Shown here piece after piece: positions 27,272 to 35,803 of a DNA stretch of 36,845 nt (position 1 is the first letter of the stretch; every line of letters begins with the position of its first letter). The DNA lies in assembly GCA_043779265.1 (NCBI GenBank), contig JAYWEM010000129.1, forward strand, positions 1 through 36,845, in the 5' to 3' direction. This stretch comes from a bacterium (GTDB lineage Bacteria; Eisenbacteria; RBG-16-71-46). A program made the position numbers and the translations under genes. Under the pieces are notes generated by a model. It did not search any database. It had not been told where the DNA came from and saw nothing but the letters and a program-made list of their open reading frames with translations.

Positions 27272-27308
27272 GGCTCGGTCGATCCCGTCATCCAGATCGG
27301 GGTCGACA

Positions 27309-28517
27309 ATGGGGGTATGTAGAGGCCGGCGAGGGCTATGGCTCTTGTCGGCACTGCTGATGCTCGCAGGCTCGCCACCGCGAGTCGCGGCGGTCGAGTT
27401 CCATGACGTGAGCACATCAGAGCGATTCGAAGTCGCGATGAAGCTCGACTGGACTCTCACGATGAAGCCGGCCGCTGCTGGAGCAGGGCTCAAGCTTCCC
27501 TTCCCCGCCACTGAACCTCCCGAAGGTTTGCATAGCATGCATTGGGGAGGCCGACGGCTCGAGAGAGCGACGTGGAGCACACCGACAGGCTCAAGGACCT
27601 GGCCTGCTAGACCAGCACCGCTCACCAAGGGAGTGCGCAGGCAGCCCGGAGATGGAGAGGTGGTGACTTTCCATGTGCCGCGAGAACTGGCAGGGGCGCC
27701 CAAGGTCATGCTGTCACTGACGCTCGTGGACAGTGTGTGGGCCTCCCTTGACGCCGCCCCGCGCGACATCCCGCCGCAGAAATCGCCAACACAGTTGGGC
27801 CAAGTGCGTTCTGACACGCTCTCCGATGCCTATACCCAAGCGCTTGTGCGCGACTATCAAGCCCGGCTGACTTCCGGGGTTCTGACGGCGCGCCAGTTGA
27901 TCGAAGAACTCGTTGCCCGTCTTCAGGTATTACCGCAGGTCGTGAGTAGGCCGATTCGGCCCGCAGACGTCGTCTGGCGTGGTGTCAAGTTACTCGAGGA
28001 CACACTCGGACACACGCCGCCGGAGGCACGTCCGGCACTAACCAAAGCTTTGGCGCGAAACATCGGAGTCGACTGCGATGACCGCGCGATGGCGATGGTT
28101 GCTCTGCTCACTGCCCTGGGTATCGAGAGTCGTCAGGTGACGGTGGTCGTGAATCCAGCCACCGATGGAGTTTGCAACTGGGAGATCGACCCGGCTGACC
28201 TCGGGCAGTCTGTCTTACATGCCATTGTCGAGTATCGCGGACCCTGTGGATGGGAGCAGTGCGATCCAACCTGTGGAACTGTTGGGTTCGTCTCGCATCT
28301 ATTCCGCCTTGCATCTTCGGTGAACGGAAATGACCTCCTCCCGGGGACCACCCTCGGTTCCGAGATGACCTCAAGGCTCGCCTTGACTTCATTTCCGCTC
28401 GGCTCCCACCCGCACTCCGAGTTGTCCCGCGAACATCCATTGCGCCGCCGGAAGCTGCGGGTCGGCGATTGCACCGATGCACGCTTCAAAATCTCCAGCG
28501 AACGAAAAACAGACTAG
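27309..28517 (+). CDS. Secreted transglutaminase-like protein
   Basis: Signal peptide; GVDCDDRAMAMVALLTALGIESR (Cys), HAIVEY (His), WEQCDPT (Asp). Confidence 0.75.
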   Translation: MGVCRGRRGLWLLSALLMLAGSPPRVAAVEFHDVSTSERFEVAMKLDWTLTMKPAAAGAGLKLPFPATEPPEGLHSMHWGGRRLERATWSTPTGSRTWPARPAPLTKGVRRQPGDGEVVTFHVPRELAGAPKVMLSLTLVDSVWASLDAAPRDIPPQKSPTQLGQVRSDTLSDAYTQALVRDYQARLTSGVLTARQLIEELVARLQVLPQVVSRPIRPADVVWRGVKLLEDTLGHTPPEARPALTKALARNIGVDCDDRAMAMVALLTALGIESRQVTVVVNPATDGVCNWEIDPADLGQSVLHAIVEYRGPCGWEQCDPTCGTVGFVSHLFRLASSVNGNDLLPGTTLGSEMTSRLALTSFPLGSHPHSELSREHPLRRRKLRVGDCTDARFKISSERKTD

Positions 28518-28738
28518 CGTAGGCCCGGCTAGCCGCTCGCTGTCGCTGTCACGCGTGCCCACTATGCGCTGCCAGGCTCAAGGTTGCCCCTTCGGAGCCC
28601 CGCCCCCATCCGCCGCACGCGCCCGCTCGAATCGCGGCGCCCCATGTCGCACCCCTACGCGTGCATTCCGATCGAGCGCGACCACGAGGATCCCATGGCC
28701 TTGAAGCACCTGGGCACCCCGCTCCACGGCGGCCGGTG

Positions 28739-29287
28739 GTGAGCGAGCCGGTCACGCTCATCCCGCAGACGGCGGCGCACGCCGAGGAGATGTTCGCGCT
28801 GCTGTCCGACCCCGCGCTCTACGAGCACGAGGGCGAGCCACCCGCATCGCTCGAGTGGTTACGCGAGCGATTCGCGCGGCTCGAGACCGGCCGCTCGGCG
28901 GACGGCAGCGAGCAGTGGCTCAATTGGGTGATGGCCCTCCCCGGCGACGCACTCGCCGGTTACGTGCAGGCCACCGTGTAAGCGGACGGCCGAGCCGACA
29001 TCGCCTACGTCGCGGGGGGTGCCCACTGGGGGCGCGGGCTCGCGAGTCACGCCGTCGCGCTCATGATCGCCGAGCTCATCGAACACCATGGCGTGCACTC
29101 GCTCTCGGCGGTGCTCAAGCGGAGCAACGCACGCTCACTGCGGCTGCTCGAACGACTGGGCTTCGAGCCAGCCCCCGAAGCCCCGGAGCACGAACGCGAG
29201 ATCGAGCCGGACGAGCGGATCATGCTGCGCAGCGCGAAGCTCCCAGGCAATCGAACCGGTCCTGCCGCCAAGATGAGAGCCCGATGA
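28739..29287 (+). pseudogene. RimJ/RimL-type GNAT acetyltransferase (copy 2) with in-frame TAA at 28979-28981
   Basis: Track ORFs 28661..28981 and 29063..29287 share a frame; read-through gives GYVQATV*ADGRADIAYV...HWGRGLAS...NARSLRLLERLGF. Confidence 0.85.
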
Positions 29288-29290
29288 GAA
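29272..29290 (-). promoter_or_regulatory. Candidate OmpR-family operator (11-bp-spaced tandem repeat)
   Basis: GATGAGAGCCCGATGAGAA; reverse complement TTCTCAT-CGGG-CTCTCAT; about 50 bp upstream of the response regulator. Confidence 0.55.
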
Positions 29291-29341
29291 CGCCGCACAC
29301 CGCCATGGCCCGCTGAGGCACGCTTCGCCTAGGCTCATGGG

Positions 29342-30022
29342 ATGCGCATCCTGGTGGTCGAGGATTTCCCGCCACTGCTTCGATCCATCACCCGTGGCCT
29401 TCGTGAAGCGGGCTATGCGGTGGATGGCTCGGCGCAGGGCGACGAGGGGCTCGAGCACGCCGAGACCGGCGTGTACGACGTGATCGTGCTCGACGTCATG
29501 CTGCCCGAGTTGGACGGACTCTCCCTGCTGTGCCGGCTCCGCGACCAGCGGGTCCCCAGCCGAGTGCTGTTGCTGACCGCCAAGGACAGCGTCGAGGACC
29601 GCGTGACCGGCCTCGATCTGGGCGCCGACGACTACCTGGTCAAGCCGTTCGCATTCGAGGAGCTCCTGGCGCGCGTGCGCGCGCTGATCCGCCGCCGTAA
29701 CGATCATGGCGCACCCCTGGTGCGTGTGGCCGATCTCGAGGTGGACACGGTCGGTCGCATCGTGCGACGCGGCGGCCATGCGATCGACCTGACGGCGCGT
29801 GAGTACGCGATCCTCGAGGTGCTGGCCGCTCGCCCAGGCCGCATCGTGACGCGCGAGGAGATCGGTGAGCGCGTGTACGATCTGGCGAGCGAGCACAGCA
29901 GCAACGTGGTCGATGTGTACGTCGGATACCTGCGGCGAAAACTCGAGCACGCGGGCGGCTCGCGGCTGATCCACACCAAGCGCGGGCTCGGCTATCACCT
30001 CAGCGAGGAGGCGGGCTCGTGA
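29342..30022 (+). CDS. OmpR-family response regulator
   Basis: LVVED, LDVMLP, LLLTAKD, GADDYLVKPF; winged helix SNVVDVYVGYLRRKL...IHTKRGLGY. Confidence 0.96.
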   Translation: MRILVVEDFPPLLRSITRGLREAGYAVDGSAQGDEGLEHAETGVYDVIVLDVMLPELDGLSLLCRLRDQRVPSRVLLLTAKDSVEDRVTGLDLGADDYLVKPFAFEELLARVRALIRRRNDHGAPLVRVADLEVDTVGRIVRRGGHAIDLTAREYAILEVLAARPGRIVTREEIGERVYDLASEHSSNVVDVYVGYLRRKLEHAGGSRLIHTKRGLGYHLSEEAGS

Positions 30023-31431
30023 ACTCGATCCGCGGCCGACTGCGCCTGGGGCTGGTGGTCGGCACCGTCTGTTCGTTCCTCCTCGTGGGCTTCGTCACCG
30101 ACCAGGGCGTGCGCCGCACCCTCCTCGACGACCTGGACCAGTCCCTGCGCGATCGCGGTCGATTCATCGCCTCGACGCTCGAACTCACCGCGGACAGTCT
30201 CGAGCTGGGCTTCACCGAACTCGCTTGGCGCGACTCGGCCGCCTCGGCGCGAGCCACCCTGCTCGAACTGTGGCGAGAAGACGGCAGCGAGGTGTTCCGC
30301 TCACCCGGCCTGGCCCCCGGCCCGCCCATGTCGGCGCTGGAGCCGAACGAGGAACGGCTGGCCACCGAGCACGCACCTGGAGGCCGGACCGTGCGCGCGC
30401 TCCACAAACGTTTCATCGCCCGTATCGACCCCGAGTACGAGAACCCCCCGACCGCGCCGCATGTCGACCTCCGACTCAGTCAGGATCTCGGGCACATCGA
30501 GGGGTTGCTGCTTCGACTGCGCTTCCTGCTGTTCCTCGTGGGCATCGCGGGAGCGCTGGCCCTGCTGGCCGTGTTGAGCTGGGTCATGCGCCGGAGCCTC
30601 GCGCCGTTGGACCAACTGGCCCGCGAGATCGACACAATCGACCCGGAGGACCTCTCGCGACGCGTGAGCCGCTCCGGCGTGCCGTCCGAACTCGACCCGA
30701 TGGTTCAGCACCTGAACGCGCTGCTCGAGCGACTCCAGGCGGCACTCGAGCGCGAGCGCACATTCAGCGCCGACATCGCTCACGAGCTACGCACTCCGAT
30801 CGCTGGCCTTCGCAGCGCCCTCGAAGTGGAGCTCTCCCAGCCGCGCGATCCCGAGCAGTACCGCGAGGCGCTCACCGAATGCCTCGCGATCTGCGTTCGC
30901 ATGCAGGCCATGGTGCAGACCCTTCTGCAACTGGCGAGGCTCGATGCGGGGCAGAAGCCGGGAGCCCTCCTGGCCTCGGATCTCACCGAACTCACGCGCC
31001 ATCAACTCAACGCCCACCGCCCGCGCGCGGAGGCAAGACAGCTGAGGCTCAGCGTCTCGCTCGGCGAGGGGATCGTCGTGTCGACCGACCCCAACCTGCT
31101 CTCGACCGCGCTCGGCAATCTGATCGACAACGCGGTCTCGCACACGGACGACGGCGGACGCGTGTGCATCGATCTGAGCTCCGATCCGAAGGGCGCCACG
31201 TTGCGCATCGCCAATACCGGCAGCCGCGTGCCCTCCGACCAGGTGGGAGCACTGTTCGAGCGATTCGCGCGTGGAGATGCAGCCCGGGCCGCCGGCGAAT
31301 CCCACCACGGTCTGGGTCTGGCCCTGGTGAAGCGCGTCGCGGACGTGCTCGGGCTCCGGCTCGAAGCCACGGCCGAGCGAGGGGGTGAGTTCCGGGTCGT
31401 CCTGCACATCCCTCGCAGCGGCGAGAGCTGA
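30019..31431 (+). CDS. Sensor histidine kinase (2 TM, HAMP; CusS/CzcS-like)
   Basis: ADIAHELRTP, NLIDNA, IANTG, FERFARGD, GLGLAL; GTGA overlap with the regulator. Confidence 0.95.
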   Translation: MNSIRGRLRLGLVVGTVCSFLLVGFVTDQGVRRTLLDDLDQSLRDRGRFIASTLELTADSLELGFTELAWRDSAASARATLLELWREDGSEVFRSPGLAPGPPMSALEPNEERLATEHAPGGRTVRALHKRFIARIDPEYENPPTAPHVDLRLSQDLGHIEGLLLRLRFLLFLVGIAGALALLAVLSWVMRRSLAPLDQLAREIDTIDPEDLSRRVSRSGVPSELDPMVQHLNALLERLQAALERERTFSADIAHELRTPIAGLRSALEVELSQPRDPEQYREALTECLAICVRMQAMVQTLLQLARLDAGQKPGALLASDLTELTRHQLNAHRPRAEARQLRLSVSLGEGIVVSTDPNLLSTALGNLIDNAVSHTDDGGRVCIDLSSDPKGATLRIANTGSRVPSDQVGALFERFARGDAARAAGESHHGLGLALVKRVADVLGLRLEATAERGGEFRVVLHIPRSGES

Positions 31432-31451
31432 GCCCGATCGGAATCTGCGGT

Positions 31452-31469
31452 CTCTCACGAAGCCCTCAT
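31452..31469 (+). promoter_or_regulatory. Second candidate operator of the same type
   Basis: CTCTCAC-GAAG-CCCTCAT, 11-bp spacing, about 85 bp upstream of ATG 31554. Confidence 0.45.
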
Positions 31470-31553
31470 TCGCAGGGCCCATGGTTCTCGGAGTCGAAGG
31501 CGGGCCAGCGTCTTCGTCCTTCCACCCTAGCGGGACCACCCGGAGACCTGTCG

Positions 31554-32315
31554 ATGTCCGACCGTCCGCAACCGTCCACGATCCGTCGAGTCACACGATC
31601 CGACTCGGCGTCGATTCCTCGCCTCCTCTCCTTCCTCCTCGCCCTGTCGATCGGCGTCGGCGCTCCGGGCCCCGCCCGGGGCGCGGCGCTGGGCGCCACG
31701 GTCGCGGCCCCCGACTCCGCGCACTTCAGGCGTGCCGTCGATCACCCGTACTTCCCGCTCGTCCCCGGCACCTCGCTCCGGTACACGGAGAAGCTCGGCC
31801 GGCACGTCGCCGACATCCAGGTCCAGGTCACGTCGGAGACACGCCGTGTGCTGGGCATCGCGTGCACGCTGGTGCGAGAGCAAATGCGCGAGAAGTCCCA
31901 ACTCACTCAGGAGACCCTGACCGGCTACGCGCAAGATGACTCGGGCTCCGTGTGGATCCTGTTCGAAGAGTCACGCGAGTATCATGGAGCCGTGCTCAGC
32001 AGCACCGAGGGCTCATGGGAAGCCGGCCTGGAGGGTGCGCGAGCGGGCGTCGTCATGCCGGCTCGGCTTCAGCCGTGCGAGCCGATCGCGCACGGGTTCT
32101 TGAAGGGCGTGGCCGAGGATCGTTCGCAACTCGTCGCGATCGGCGAATCAGTGAACGTGCCGTTCGGGGCCTTCTCCGACTGTCTCAAGTTCAAGGAGTG
32201 GTCGATGCTCGAGTCGGGCACCGACCGCAAGTGGTACGCGCGCGGCGTGGGTTTGGTGCGCGCCGAATCGGCCTCTCGCGAGCTGACCGAACTCGTTGCC
32301 ACGAGCCGACCGTGA
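31554..32315 (+). CDS. Uncharacterised secreted beta-rich protein (YFPL / YAQD / GSWEAG family)
   Basis: GGAG RBS; signal peptide; VDHPYFPLVPG, YAQDDSGSVW, GSWEAG, VPFGAF, KWYARGVGLV. Confidence 0.75.
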   Translation: MSDRPQPSTIRRVTRSDSASIPRLLSFLLALSIGVGAPGPARGAALGATVAAPDSAHFRRAVDHPYFPLVPGTSLRYTEKLGRHVADIQVQVTSETRRVLGIACTLVREQMREKSQLTQETLTGYAQDDSGSVWILFEESREYHGAVLSSTEGSWEAGLEGARAGVVMPARLQPCEPIAHGFLKGVAEDRSQLVAIGESVNVPFGAFSDCLKFKEWSMLESGTDRKWYARGVGLVRAESASRELTELVATSRP

Positions 32316-33121
32316 GACGGCTCCTGCACGCTCGGTTCGCCATCCTGCTCGCCCTGCTCATCGCGGCACCCGCCCACGCCCGCATCATCAAGACGAGGCG
32401 CCCTCAGCCGGTGCACCCGGGACTGGGGCTCGTGGTGGGCTCGGGATTCGAGTACCAGTCGGACGGCGACGAGCAGGAGTACGGGTTCCCGTTCCTGCTC
32501 GAGTGGGCGGTCACGCCGCGGCTGCAGCTCACGGTGGAACCGGTCCACATCACGATCACGTCGAAGCGCGGGCCATCGATCCGTGGATTCGACGACCTGG
32601 AAACCGCTCTCAGCCTGGACGTGTGGAGCGAACGGCGACGGCGGCCGGCGGTGTCGATCGAAGGCGGGGTCAAGTGGCCCACCGCCACCGACTCCAGCAT
32701 CGGCACGGGCGTCACCGAGTTCTCACTCGGCCTACTCCTGAGCAAGGACCTGATCCTCACCGAACTCGGACTCAACGTGGTTTACGCGCAGGTCGGCGTG
32801 CCGAGGACCGGGCTCGTCCAGAACACCGTTCAGATCTCGGCGTCGAGTGAATGGCCGCTCGGCCCCGACCTCTCACTGACGAGCGAGCTGTTGACCACCC
32901 AGGGGGTCGGCCGGCGCCGCGGCACAGCCCTCGATCCGTCCGCACCGGCAGGCTCCGGCTTCAACGTCCCCGGAGGCGGCATGGGCGAATGGGAGGCCAC
33001 GCTCGGAATCGCCCGCTCCTTCGGCCGCCGGCTCAAGGCCGAACCCGGCTTCATCCTCCAGACCGACGGCACCTGGCAGGCCGTCTTCGCCTGGGAATGG
33101 GACTTCGGCGACGGCCGCTGA
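32312..33121 (+). CDS. Putative outer-membrane beta-barrel protein
   Basis: GTGA overlap; signal peptide ending AHA; alternating amphipathic strands, VKWPTA...GTG segment, terminal strand WQAVFAWEWDF. Confidence 0.7.
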   Translation: MRRLLHARFAILLALLIAAPAHARIIKTRRPQPVHPGLGLVVGSGFEYQSDGDEQEYGFPFLLEWAVTPRLQLTVEPVHITITSKRGPSIRGFDDLETALSLDVWSERRRRPAVSIEGGVKWPTATDSSIGTGVTEFSLGLLLSKDLILTELGLNVVYAQVGVPRTGLVQNTVQISASSEWPLGPDLSLTSELLTTQGVGRRRGTALDPSAPAGSGFNVPGGGMGEWEATLGIARSFGRRLKAEPGFILQTDGTWQAVFAWEWDFGDGR

Positions 33122-33161
33122 GTCGCTCGCCGCTCACTCCACCCTCGAAAAGGAACAGGTC

Positions 33162-34559
33162 ATGAACGCACACCTCGCCTCTCACCACTCGCGCCGTCTG
33201 CTGCTCGTCGTCACGCTGCTCGCATGGCTCCTGCCCGGCCTCGGAACGCTGCCCCGGCTGGCCACGGCGGCCGAGACGATCCCCCAACCCTCGCTCGAGC
33301 GACTGCGCAAGGGTCTGCCCATCGCCGCCCAGCGTGAACGGGTCGACTTGGCAATGCCGGTGTTCTCGCATCCCACCCGGATCACCAATCCGCTCTTCCC
33401 GATCAGTCAATTGCACTCCACGGTGCTGCTCGGCCACATCGATCGCCGCACGTTCCGCACCGAGACCACGCTGCTTCCGGACACACGCACGATCGAGTGG
33501 ATGGGCCGCCGCATCGAATGCCAGGTCTCGCAGTACACGGCCTATCTCGATGGCCGCATCGAGGAAGTGGCGCTCGACTTCTACGCACAGGCGGACGATG
33601 GAGCGGTCTGGTACCTAGGTGAGGACGTGTACAACTACGAGGATGGCGTGATCGCCGACCGGGCCGGCACGTGGATCGCCGGCGACGACGGTCCGCCTGC
33701 CATGATCATGCCCGCCCAGCCTCGATCCGGTGATGTGTTCCGCCCCGAGAACATCCCCGGCGTCGTGTTCGAGGAAGTCCGCGTACTCGCCACGAGTCAG
33801 GGGATGGACGGCCCGCGCGGCCGCGTGAGCGGCGCCATCACCACTCAGGAGCTGGGCATGGATGGCGGCTTGTCGTACAAGACGTTCGCTCCCGGCTACG
33901 GCGAGTTCTCGACCGGGCACGACGGCGAGCTCGAGGCCCTGGCCGTCGCCGTACCGACCGATGCCCGAAAGGGCCCGATGCCGGCCGAACTCGAGGCGCT
34001 GGCACTCGGCGCCGAGCAGGTGTTCGATGCCGCGAGAAGCGGCGACTGGCCGCTCGCGACGAAGGCAGCCCAACGCATGCAGCAGGCGTGGAGATCGTTC
34101 CGCGCCGATGCCGCGCCACCGCCGATGCTGGCCGCGCACATGGACCGCACGCTCGGCGCGCTCGAAGGCGACGCGCTGGCCCCCGCCCTCTCGGCCCGTC
34201 ACGCGGGCGGTGCACAGCGCGCATCGCTCGCGGCGTCGCTCGCCGCGCTCGATCTGCAGCTGTTGTACCGGCCACCCGTCCAGGTGGACCGCGACCGGCT
34301 CCAAGTGTGGGCAAGGCAGTTGTTGTTCGACACCGGGATCCCCGATTCCGGGCCGGTGGCCGGCGACGTCACCACGCTCGAGTGGATCCGCGACCGCATC
34401 GTGCGCTCACTGGGCGCCGGGGATGCGCGGGCGATCGACCTGCAGCTGAAGGCGCTTCGCACCGCGGCCGACGCCGAGGACCTGGAGGCGAGCCGGCAGC
34501 TCGCGCCGCGATTGCTGCACGCCATCGCGGGGATGCAGATCCTCTCGTCGCAGCCCTAG
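33162..34559 (+). CDS. Uncharacterised secreted protein: paralogous beta-rich domain plus helical C-terminal region
   Basis: Signal peptide; ITNPLFPI, FYAQADDGAVWYLGEDV, GTWIAG...IMPAQP, KTFAPGYG, followed by an Ala/Leu-rich helical region. Confidence 0.75.
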   Translation: MNAHLASHHSRRLLLVVTLLAWLLPGLGTLPRLATAAETIPQPSLERLRKGLPIAAQRERVDLAMPVFSHPTRITNPLFPISQLHSTVLLGHIDRRTFRTETTLLPDTRTIEWMGRRIECQVSQYTAYLDGRIEEVALDFYAQADDGAVWYLGEDVYNYEDGVIADRAGTWIAGDDGPPAMIMPAQPRSGDVFRPENIPGVVFEEVRVLATSQGMDGPRGRVSGAITTQELGMDGGLSYKTFAPGYGEFSTGHDGELEALAVAVPTDARKGPMPAELEALALGAEQVFDAARSGDWPLATKAAQRMQQAWRSFRADAAPPPMLAAHMDRTLGALEGDALAPALSARHAGGAQRASLAASLAALDLQLLYRPPVQVDRDRLQVWARQLLFDTGIPDSGPVAGDVTTLEWIRDRIVRSLGAGDARAIDLQLKALRTAADAEDLEASRQLAPRLLHAIAGMQILSSQP

Positions 34560-34568
34560 CCGAGTCGG

Positions 34569-34606
34569 CGCGGGGTAGGCGGGGCATCGCCCCGCCAACC
34601 CCCGCG
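34569..34606 (+). terminator. Strong GC hairpin after the three-gene operon
   Basis: cgcgggg-ta-ggcggggc / atc / gccccgcc-aac-ccccgcg, then ttcacagtcgttt. Confidence 0.55.
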
Positions 34607-34737
34607 TTCACAGTCGTTTCCGTAAACACCATCGCCTCTCTCGGATTCCGAGGAACGACCGAGACTCCCCATGGACGCGGAGCCCCGTCGGGGTCCCGTG
34701 CGTGCCCGCTTCGGCGGGACCGACCCTGGAGAGGTGC

Positions 34738-35760
34738 ATGACCGCATGGTGGCGCAAGTCATCCGGCTCGAGCAGCGAGGCTCTGACCACCGGCACGCCG
34801 ACCACGGCCGCCGAGAGGCCTGCCGCATCGCCGGCGCTTCGACCGGGCGAGACGCCGCGCGACTCCATGGAGAAGGCGCTGCGCACCCTCACGGCGGCAC
34901 GCGCCAACTCGCTACTCGCGCGCGCCGATGGTCTGGCGGCCAGCTCGGACGCACCGATCCTGCTCGAGCGACTGGCGAGCGCCGAGCAGTTCAACATCAA
35001 GCCGATGCCCGCCACGGTCACGCGCGCACTGCGCATGACCAACGACGTCAACATCTCGATGCTCGAGCTGACCGACGTGTTCGAGAGCGATGCGGCACTG
35101 GCGAACGAGGCGCTGCGCGTCGCCGATTCGGCGTTCTACCGGCGCCCGGGTGCGACGCTCACATCCATCCTCGATGCCGCGCAGCGGATCGGCATGTCGG
35201 GATTGCAGAACGTGCTGATGGGGCACCTGGTCGCCAGCTCGCTCGGTCGCCCCGGTGGCCACTACGATGAGCTCGCCGACGCCGTTCATCGCCACGGCAC
35301 CCGCACCGCCTCGATCGCGCGGCGACTTGCGCGCATCCACGAGGTCGACGCCGAGACCGCCTACTCGCTCGGCCTGCTGCACGACGTGGGCAAGCTCGTG
35401 CTGTTCGACGCGATCGGCACACTGCGCACCCAACATCGGCGCGACGTGCGCATCCCGGCACCGTTCCTCAAGGCGATGTTGCACGAGCTGCATGAGCCGC
35501 TCGGCGGACTCGCGGCGCTTCGCTGGGGCCTGCCGCCCAGCCACGCGCGCGCGATCGCGCGTCATCACCGCAATCCGCAACCCGAGAAGCACGAACCGTT
35601 GATCGAGCTGTTGTACCTCTCCGAACGGGCCGATCTGGCGTATCTGCGCCGCGACCCGATCGACACCGAACGCTGGTGGCGCGAAGGCGCACTGCGCGGC
35701 GATCGAGGCGCCATCGAACCCCTGATCGCAGATGCCGTGAACGAGCTGGACGCAGGCTAG
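34738..35760 (+). CDS. HDOD-domain protein
   Basis: GGAGAGG then ATG 34738; DAALANEALRVADSAFY, AAQRIG, GLLHDVGK, HH. Confidence 0.9.
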   Translation: MTAWWRKSSGSSSEALTTGTPTTAAERPAASPALRPGETPRDSMEKALRTLTAARANSLLARADGLAASSDAPILLERLASAEQFNIKPMPATVTRALRMTNDVNISMLELTDVFESDAALANEALRVADSAFYRRPGATLTSILDAAQRIGMSGLQNVLMGHLVASSLGRPGGHYDELADAVHRHGTRTASIARRLARIHEVDAETAYSLGLLHDVGKLVLFDAIGTLRTQHRRDVRIPAPFLKAMLHELHEPLGGLAALRWGLPPSHARAIARHHRNPQPEKHEPLIELLYLSERADLAYLRRDPIDTERWWREGALRGDRGAIEPLIADAVNELDAG

Positions 35761-35803
35761 TCGAACCCTCGGCGCCCTGCAGCGCCACTCACAGGAGGAG
35801 AAC

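Noticed and set aside
18900..28700. Integron, prophage or IS call
   Set aside because: No integrase, transposase or phage genes; only one attC-like candidate, with a non-consensus GTTRRRY box.
28979..28981. Stop-codon recoding in the GNAT gene
   Set aside because: TAA is not a Sec or Pyl codon; a nonsense mutation (e.g. TAC to TAA) or sequencing error is simpler.
34620..34700. c-di-GMP-I riboswitch
   Set aside because: Only loose resemblance (ggacgcggagcc versus GGACGCAAAGCC); GNRA loop and receptor not evident.
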